In this document: positions 24,317 through 30,441 of the stretch, piece by piece
How the letters are laid out: each line of letters starts with the position of its first letter
How positions within the stretch are numbered: the stretch's first letter is position 1
Made by a program: the position numbers and the translations under genes
Notes under the pieces: model-generated
What the model was told of the DNA's origin: nothing
Databases searched by the model: none
Seen by the model: the letters and a program-made list of their open reading frames with translations, nothing else
From: a virus
Strand: one strand, 5' to 3'
Length of the DNA stretch: 30,441 nt
Virus record (IMG/VR): IMGVR_UViG_3300007352_000398

Positions 24317-25027
24317 CTAATACGGACCAACCTGGGGCGTCGGTGTTGGAGCAAAATCTGGTGCTGGACTTTCATCTTTAGAAATGTGTGTTTGGTTACA
24401 AACCCAAGCATTTAGTAATTTAGCATCCATCAGCGTTGCATTTACAGCATTTGTACTGGCAGAAATACCAAAAAACCCAAAAGTAGCTGGATCAAGTTTA
24501 GCGTCTAAACGACTCGCCTGAGCCCCTGTGATAGCTGTGATAAATGTCGGCCCCCTATCGATTCCACCATTGAATTCTAGGTCAGAAATAACAATAATTG
24601 TCAAATCTTTAAATGCTAAGCTGGCATTCATTGATTTCAAAATTGCAGGTGCGACGTGTGTGGAACCGTTTTCTATCTCTATTGTTTCTAACCACTCCTT
24701 AATCGCCTGCACTGCTTCCTTTGACGGAAGGGCCGCCCAACCCTCAGGAAGTTTTTCATCTTTAACACCCTTCCACCGTTCACAGTTCCCTCCGAAAGCC
24801 ATTACTCCAACATTTAACTCATCCAGAGATTGAGAGGCGATGTTTACCACGGCTTGAATAGCGTCAGCGACTTGATCCGGCTTCATAGAAGCACTTTTAT
24901 CAACAACAAAGATAATATTTTTTTTAATTTGCCCTTGCTCTGGGGGAACCAACCAATTTATTTCTTGCGCTGCTCCACTAACTGAAAATCCCAATACCAT
25001 CGCCATCAAAATTAAAACAAACCGCAT
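24317..25027 (-). CDS. Secreted von Willebrand factor A domain protein
   Basis: Signal peptide, MIDAS IIFVVDKSASM, GST, IIVISD. Confidence 0.8.
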   Translation of the reverse strand: MRFVLILMAMVLGFSVSGAAQEINWLVPPEQGQIKKNIIFVVDKSASMKPDQVADAIQAVVNIASQSLDELNVGVMAFGGNCERWKGVKDEKLPEGWAALPSKEAVQAIKEWLETIEIENGSTHVAPAILKSMNASLAFKDLTIIVISDLEFNGGIDRGPTFITAITGAQASRLDAKLDPATFGFFGISASTNAVNATLMDAKLLNAWVCNQTHISKDESPAPDFAPTPTPQVGPY

Positions 25028-25084
25028 ATATTTATATTATTAAATCTGCAATGGATATTGCACTAAAATGTTATCATAATAAAT

Positions 25085-25369
25085 ATGCGATACTGGAGAG
25101 GGGTCCGAAGACCTGGCTTTTTAAGTGATTTAAGCGATACTTGGATGGATGATGCAACGACTAAGCGTCTCGCCAAACAGGACGCTAATATTCTAGAACA
25201 AGAACGAACTGATTATGTTGACACTGGCTCAGGGTCTGCTAGACCAGCACAGCTTCCTCGCCTAGCCAGCCCAGGAGCGGCTAGACTCTCATCGGAGAAC
25301 TTTTTACTCAAGCACGCAAAATGGTATGACCAATACCGTCGTAAAGTTCTATATGGAGCCGACGATTAG
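25085..25369 (+). CDS. Hypothetical protein
   Basis: 94-aa ORF with AAATGTTATCAT 7 nt upstream. Confidence 0.65.
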   Translation: MRYWRGVRRPGFLSDLSDTWMDDATTKRLAKQDANILEQERTDYVDTGSGSARPAQLPRLASPGAARLSSENFLLKHAKWYDQYRRKVLYGADD

Positions 25370-25870
25370 TTAGTCATCCAACTGCTTCGACCAATTCTTT
25401 TGATCAAATATCTTTGCTAACGACGGATTCTTCATCAAGCGTTGTTTGGGTCCAGCATACCCCCCTATCAAATTTAGCATCAAGGTGACATCCCACATCT
25501 GGGATCCATCATCCGTCACCCCTTCATACTCATCGAGGATCGTATCAACTCGGGCGGTGATGAATAACTTGTTAGGATCAGCAGGGTCACGATGAAAAAT
25601 TGCACGACCGCACGTCATTGAAGCGGCCTTTTCCATCGCCATTTGCATCTTTATACGGAGATAAGGATCTTCCTCGTCGTCGTCATCATCCTCATCACCA
25701 TCATCATTATCATCACTACCGTCGTCAGCATCATCGTCATCGGTCTCAAGATCCTCTTCAGGATCATCAGAAAGCTTTTCTGAATCAAGAGGAATTTCTT
25801 GGTCGATAGGCTCATCGCCCTTCTTAGGGGTGCTTGCCGCAGGTTCAAAACGAATGATGCGATTCATCAC
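25370..25870 (-). CDS. Hypothetical protein with a poly-Asp/Glu tract
   Basis: GAGGAG SD and a long D/E run followed by a globular-looking region. Confidence 0.72.
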   Translation of the reverse strand: MMNRIIRFEPAASTPKKGDEPIDQEIPLDSEKLSDDPEEDLETDDDDADDGSDDNDDGDEDDDDDEEDPYLRIKMQMAMEKAASMTCGRAIFHRDPADPNKLFITARVDTILDEYEGVTDDGSQMWDVTLMLNLIGGYAGPKQRLMKNPSLAKIFDQKNWSKQLDD

Positions 25871-25900
25871 AACTCCTCAGCACAAGGGTATCACGCAACC

Positions 25901-26116
25901 CTAAACATTCAAGGCAGCTAGCGACACCCTTGCATCGTTAAGAAGTCGCGATTGGTCAACATCCTTGATGCTGTGTGCAAGTCTGTAGAGGACCACATCA
26001 AGTGAATGTAGTATGTAGGCCGCCGGCACGTCGGCGTTCATCAACTGCTCTGCATACTGCTCTGCGAGAGCTTCCGCACAGGTCAATTGTTCGTAGTGCC
26101 CCATGCGGTGTTCCAT
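25901..26116 (-). CDS. Small hypothetical protein
   Basis: Starts 3 nt after the SNF2 stop on the same strand. Confidence 0.55.
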   Translation of the reverse strand: MEHRMGHYEQLTCAEALAEQYAEQLMNADVPAAYILHSLDVVLYRLAHSIKDVDQSRLLNDARVSLAALNV

Positions 26117-26119
26117 GTC

Positions 26120-28126
26120 TCAGGCCGCGTCGTTCAGGTAGCTCTGGAGCAAGGCCGCCACCATAGTCTGTCGCATCTGCCCATTACGAGGCGTGACGCG
26201 GTCCACGTATTCCTGATCGTCGATGGCGCGCTCGAAAACTTCCGCCTTCGCGTGGATGATTTCCGCCATCCGCTGGTCGATGGTGTTCTTGGCCAAGAGC
26301 TTCCAGAACTCGCAATCGCGCTCCTGGCCCAGCCGCAGCAATCGACCAGTACATTGCGTGAAGTCGGCTGGCGTCCAAGGCTGGTCGAGGAAGTAAGCGA
26401 CGTTGGCGATGGGCAGGTCAATACCATGACCACCAGCCCTCACACCGATGAGGAGCAACCCGATGCGGCCAGCTTGGAAATCATCGATGATCTTGACACG
26501 CTGCTTTTCCAGCACCGTCCCGACGATACAAGCGGCACCGGCCCACTCCTGGCCCTTATAGTTCTTGCCACTCTTCGCACGGAAATGATCCATCAACTCG
26601 AAAAGAGGCTCATTGAATGCGCAGAATACCACCACCTGTTCGCCGCTGTCCAGCGTACGGTTGATGATGTCGATGGCTGCTTCGATCTTCCCCTGCGCCG
26701 CAAGCTGTCGCAGCTTGTTCAGCTTGACGAGAGCCTGCCCACGAGTGGCGGCATCCAACTGATCCTCAGTCGCACCCTGGCGAGACAACCAGGCAATGAA
26801 ATCCTTTTCTGCCTCGGAGTAATCCTCCCGATTGCTGAGTGGAACCCACGCCTGCCGCGTCTCGCCCTTCGGGGCATCAATCCAAACTTCATGCATCAGA
26901 CGGCGCACCATGAAGGGCCGCAACTGTTCTGCGATCTGACGCTGACCCTCATCCGTGTCATACATCGACACGAAGTCGCTTTGACTAGCGTCGGTCCACA
27001 GCCGCCGCGTCATCCTCAAGAGTGGATGAAGCTCCTTGATGCGGTTGACAAGAGGAGTGGCAGTCACTACGATGGTGTGCCGTGCATGCTCAGACAGCAG
27101 CATCGTATGCTCCGTCCGATCCGCCTCGTAGTTACGAGCGTAGTGGCCCTCATCCGCCACAAGCACTCGCTTCTGTGTCGAAATGTATTCGGCCAGCGGC
27201 CACAAGCCCCTCTTCTTCAAGTAGGAGTAGGAACAGATGAGCACATCATACTTGTGGGCATCGAGGGGGCATTCCTTGCCGATGATGAAGGTACTCAGGT
27301 TGGTGAACCTGGTCAACTTCCTTTGCCACAACACGCAGAGCGATGCCGGGCATACCACCACGGCCTTGTGCTTCTGAGAAGCAAGATGCGCCCCCACTGT
27401 GATGGTCTTTCCCAACCCCATGTCATCGCAGAGAAACACGCCGCGACCATCGATGGTGCTAGCGTCGATGAACTGAAACCCCTTGGATTGCCAAGGGTAA
27501 AGGGGTTCCTTGAGAAAGTCGAACTTGACCTGTGTTCTCTCATCATCCTTGAGGAGATGCGCGTGAGCCTCCACCAAGGTTCGATTGGCTGCAATCTCCG
27601 CGTTGTACCACGCAGTGAATGCATCATCGATGATGATCTTGTAGAGCTTGCTTCCAGTGGGCAGCTTGAGGCGATGAAGTGGCTTGAGCAGAGCCAGGAT
27701 CTTCTGTGCCGCCAGCAAGTTGCACGGGATCAGTTTCTTCAACTGGCCATCGGTAAGATGCTGGATCTTACCAAGAAGATCATCCTCAGTAGCCTTGTCG
27801 TGCTTCTGCTTGAGATAATCCGTCAAGGTCTGCGCCGCAGCAGGCCACCGGATGGAGATGCGGTTCCCTCGTTCGATGCCAACCTCGATGAGACCGCGCT
27901 TTGTCTTGGTCAAGGTGCCCAGCGTGATGGCTGACCCCGGAGACCCCTTCGTCGGAACGCTTACTGGCTCCACGGGAACCTCCAACATCGTAGGGATGAT
28001 GCTCGAAACATCGACCGCTTCCTTCGGAAGCGGAAGCATCAGCGCAGGGCTCATCGACATCTTCCGATGCTTACGCAACTGTTGCAGCTTCTTTCGAAGC
28101 CGCGCCTTGAAAGGTGAACCCACCAT
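26120..28126 (-). CDS. SNF2-family (SF2) helicase/translocase
   Basis: LYPWQ, DDMGLGKT, VVCPASL, DEGH, TATPLVN, GIDL, WTPA..Q..GR..RLGQ. ATG 28126 follows a TTGGCA..TATGCT promoter and is preferred over TTG 28180. Confidence 0.92.
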   Translation of the reverse strand: MVGSPFKARLRKKLQQLRKHRKMSMSPALMLPLPKEAVDVSSIIPTMLEVPVEPVSVPTKGSPGSAITLGTLTKTKRGLIEVGIERGNRISIRWPAAAQTLTDYLKQKHDKATEDDLLGKIQHLTDGQLKKLIPCNLLAAQKILALLKPLHRLKLPTGSKLYKIIIDDAFTAWYNAEIAANRTLVEAHAHLLKDDERTQVKFDFLKEPLYPWQSKGFQFIDASTIDGRGVFLCDDMGLGKTITVGAHLASQKHKAVVVCPASLCVLWQRKLTRFTNLSTFIIGKECPLDAHKYDVLICSYSYLKKRGLWPLAEYISTQKRVLVADEGHYARNYEADRTEHTMLLSEHARHTIVVTATPLVNRIKELHPLLRMTRRLWTDASQSDFVSMYDTDEGQRQIAEQLRPFMVRRLMHEVWIDAPKGETRQAWVPLSNREDYSEAEKDFIAWLSRQGATEDQLDAATRGQALVKLNKLRQLAAQGKIEAAIDIINRTLDSGEQVVVFCAFNEPLFELMDHFRAKSGKNYKGQEWAGAACIVGTVLEKQRVKIIDDFQAGRIGLLLIGVRAGGHGIDLPIANVAYFLDQPWTPADFTQCTGRLLRLGQERDCEFWKLLAKNTIDQRMAEIIHAKAEVFERAIDDQEYVDRVTPRNGQMRQTMVAALLQSYLNDAA

Positions 28127-28414
28127 TTGCTCTCGACTTAGGGAGAAGCATACCAAACCTGGGCCTCTTGCCAAGAGCAAGCAAACTTCGTGCCACGGCC
28201 ATGGACCCTCGGGGACTTCGGCCTCATCCGATGATACCCACGATGATGTGTCTTAACAGACGACGATGGACAACGGATGATGTCGATGGCATTCTATACA
28301 TCATCGTACCCCGATACCTGGCATATCCTTTGCTTACGTTGGCTCTTGCCAACATCGATAGGTCATGCTATACTAGCCCGGCTCTGTCTGCAACCCCCTA
28401 CCATCCGAGGTCTT

Positions 28415-29128
28415 ATGGCCCCCAAGGCAACCTCCCACAAACACACTCCCCCTGTCAAGCCTGCGCTGGGAACCACCGCTCTTGGTGGTGTCCTGGGTAA
28501 GTTGGCCGCGACCAACAAACCCGAGGCCAAGAGCAAGAGTGACAAGCCAATTGTCAACATCCCGGAGTTGGCCGACCAGTTCCAGGAACTCCAGAAGGTG
28601 AACGCCAACATCAAGGCTCTCACCGGCCGCAAGGAAGAGTTGCAGGCGGAAGTTTATCCGCCCATCGAAGCGCAGCGTCGCGCCATCTGTGCCGCACATC
28701 GTGAGTACATCGGAAGTGTTCGCGTGATGGCAGGCCCCAAGGCCGGCATCGGAACCTACTTCATCACCAACCGCTTCACGGGACTGGATGCTGGAGATGC
28801 AGAACAGGTTTCAGCCGCCAAGGATGTCATCCGCGAGACCTTGAATTGTGACGAACAGACCGCCGTGGAGTGGCTCAACACAAACATGAAGGCGGCGGCC
28901 GAAGTCAAGTTCAACGAGGCGGCCCTGGAAAACCCAGAAGTTCTCAAGATCATCGAAGAGCATCTCCAGGGACATGTCACTGTCAAGGTCAAGATGGTGC
29001 CGACCAAGGATCTGGCAGAAACAGCCAGCTACGAACCGGAGAAACAGGCCGTGCTCGATGCATTGGAGGGTGCTCGTCTCGTTCAACGCTACTCGGCAAC
29101 GCTCAAGCCCGCCGGCAAAACCGACTAA
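28415..29128 (+). CDS. Hypothetical protein
   Basis: ATG 28415 after a GAGGT SD and a TTGCCA-17-TATACT promoter, with GC-rich third codon positions. Confidence 0.78.
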   Translation: MAPKATSHKHTPPVKPALGTTALGGVLGKLAATNKPEAKSKSDKPIVNIPELADQFQELQKVNANIKALTGRKEELQAEVYPPIEAQRRAICAAHREYIGSVRVMAGPKAGIGTYFITNRFTGLDAGDAEQVSAAKDVIRETLNCDEQTAVEWLNTNMKAAAEVKFNEAALENPEVLKIIEEHLQGHVTVKVKMVPTKDLAETASYEPEKQAVLDALEGARLVQRYSATLKPAGKTD

Positions 29129-29137
29129 CACATCATC

Positions 29138-29175
29138 TACGCGGCATGGATGTTATTTTTCATCCATGCCGCGTA
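29138..29175. repeat. Perfect 15-bp inverted repeat (terminator-like hairpin)
   Basis: TACGCGGCATGGATG-TTATTTTT-CATCCATGCCGCGTA. Confidence 0.85.
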
Positions 29176-29186
29176 AATGTGTACCC

Positions 29187-29831
29187 ATGATAAGCACCCT
29201 CACTCATTACCCAGATAAACCGTGGACACAGGATCCTGTTCACATCAAGGAATGGGATGCTAAAGGAACATTTATCTGCCAACAAAAGGTCGATGGTTGG
29301 CGAGTAATTGTTATCCGCACGGAGACGGGTGTTGATTATATCTCCCGCCACAACAAGCCATTAACTGCGGACATTCAAAGTGAAATCAAGCAGGAAATCG
29401 ACTCACTCGATCTTCCAGTGGGGACACAGCTAGACACTGAATGGATAGCTCGTCGGTCTTGCAGTGTCGATTATAAGCTCCGACCAAAGCTCTACTTGTT
29501 GGATGTCCTTCGTTGGGGGAAAACTTGGTTGCTAAATACCCCCTTGGTCGAACGAGTAAAGAAGATCGACGCTCTTTTTCTTACAACACAGTTTCAATAT
29601 CTAGCGCGCGTAGATGAAGCCAAGCCCGGAGAATTCTGGACTTTTTGGCTGGCGCAGCAATCCATTCCCTACAGTGAAGGGGTCGTAATCAAACACAAAT
29701 TATCAAAGATCGTAGGTAATCGCAAAGAGTGTAAAAAGAACGACTTATGGATGAAAATTAAATGGAGGGGCGGTTCGAGTGGAGGCACACCTCTAGCCAG
29801 GTACCAGCAGATGCCGAAGGATGATGATTGA
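29187..29831 (+). CDS. ATP-dependent ligase-type nucleotidyltransferase (adenylation) domain without an OB domain
   Basis: Motif I QKVDGWR, SRH, III LDTEW, IIIa LLDVL, IV EGVVIK, V WMKIK. The start is set at ATG 29187 because the longer frame overlaps the upstream gene and the hairpin. Confidence 0.82.
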   Translation: MISTLTHYPDKPWTQDPVHIKEWDAKGTFICQQKVDGWRVIVIRTETGVDYISRHNKPLTADIQSEIKQEIDSLDLPVGTQLDTEWIARRSCSVDYKLRPKLYLLDVLRWGKTWLLNTPLVERVKKIDALFLTTQFQYLARVDEAKPGEFWTFWLAQQSIPYSEGVVIKHKLSKIVGNRKECKKNDLWMKIKWRGGSSGGTPLARYQQMPKDDD

Positions 29832-30034
29832 TTTCGCTCACATGTCAGTGTTGCGGTTTTACTGAGCAGTTTGCTGACGAGCAGACAGCTTTCCAAAAAG
29901 GCTGGGATACTCCATCAAGATTCTCCATCGTAACCTGTAATTGTTGTCCTAGCAGCAATATCTTACTAGGTGTGTCTCACAAAGAAGTGCATGATTGCTG
30001 GGCGCGAGAAGGGCGACCGCATAATGACAGCTAA
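29828..30034 (+). CDS. Small Cys-rich protein
   Basis: CQCC..CNCC, with the start overlapping the ligase stop. Confidence 0.55.
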   Translation: MISLTCQCCGFTEQFADEQTAFQKGWDTPSRFSIVTCNCCPSSNILLGVSHKEVHDCWAREGRPHNDS

Positions 30035-30311
30035 GAACGAAGAGACCAAAGAACCTGTAACCTCGGGCCAATTGGCAGAGCAACTTCTCAAAGTACTTCG
30101 TCGCCATCGCGATGATCCACACCTAAGCCGACTAGTTCATCTTATTGTTCGCCGCTTAGACGAAATTGAAAATAAATTCAATAGTCATTGCCATATCACA
30201 TCTACTAACATGCGAGGCAGCGAATATGAATCCGCTGGTAGCGGAAAAACAGGGCCTCCTGCCAAACCTGGCCCATTCGGCTGTCACCAAGATATTCGCA
30301 TTGGTAGTTGA
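30024..30311 (+). CDS. Hypothetical protein
   Basis: ATG 30024 (MTAKNEE) overlaps the end of the previous ORF. Confidence 0.55.
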   Translation: MTAKNEETKEPVTSGQLAEQLLKVLRRHRDDPHLSRLVHLIVRRLDEIENKFNSHCHITSTNMRGSEYESAGSGKTGPPAKPGPFGCHQDIRIGS

Positions 30312-30341
30312 ATCTTTGAAGCTTTCGACTACCATGGGCCA

Positions 30342-30441
30342 ATGGCCACTATTCTACCGAAAAAGTCTCTTGATGACGAAATCGCCATCCTTATCAAATG
30401 GGATGACGCCTACTATAATAATACTCCTTTAATCTCTGATT
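30342..30441 (+). CDS. ligA: Probable NAD-dependent DNA ligase, N-terminus only (runs off the right edge)
   Basis: Not in the ORF track. MATILPKKSLDDEIAILIKWDDAYYNNTPLISD resembles the LigA Ia domain pattern YY...P.ISD. Promoter TTGAAT-16-TACCAT ends 6 nt upstream. Confidence 0.6.
   Translation, partial: MATILPKKSLDDEIAILIKWDDAYYNNTPLISD

Noticed and set aside
25670-25745. TCA/TCG trinucleotide repeats as a tandem repeat or CRISPR-like array
   Set aside because: They encode the poly-Asp tract of the minus-strand ORF. No repeat-spacer array was seen in the window.
26087-27934. 615-aa plus-strand ORF and other long overlapping ORFs in 25.6-29.2 kb
   Set aside because: Antisense or alternate-frame shadows of the SNF2 gene and neighbours caused by GC-rich codon bias, with no recognisable motifs.
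1-30441. Stop-codon reassignment
   Set aside because: Conserved genes are full length in the standard code and end in TAA, TAG and TGA. The open frame after TGA 30311 is explained by a new start at 30342.

Overview
This is a gene-dense, mostly AT-rich, strand-switching window that reads as part of a large (jumbo/huge) bacteriophage-like genome using the standard genetic code. No capsid, terminase or tail hallmark gene is recognisable, so the viral call is inferred from gene content. It encodes host-like translation parts (ribosomal proteins bS1 and bS21, tRNA-Glu(TTC), tRNA-Arg(TCT), a Thg1-like tRNA guanylyltransferase) and nucleic-acid repair or modification enzymes (AlkB, DinB, kinase/HAD phosphatase, WGR-PARP, SNF2 helicase, an OB-less ATP-dependent ligase domain, the start of an NAD-dependent ligase, an MT-A70 methyltransferase). 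It also encodes PurA with a SpoT/MESH1-like HD hydrolase, two glycosyltransferases, an HNH nuclease, a tyrosine recombinase, and many unknown membrane-anchored or very basic proteins. The strongest pattern read directly from the DNA is that most promoter-proximal genes have a TAnnnT (-10) hexamer exactly 6 nt (sometimes 7-8) upstream of the start codon, predicting leaderless mRNAs, alongside genome-encoded S1 and S21. A second motif, WWWTGYTAnnnT, marks the unknown basic and membrane genes. A GC-rich three-way-junction RNA candidate lies between the tRNAs, and a GC-rich SNF2 segment ends at a perfect 15-bp inverted repeat. All family calls come from motif recognition, not database searches.
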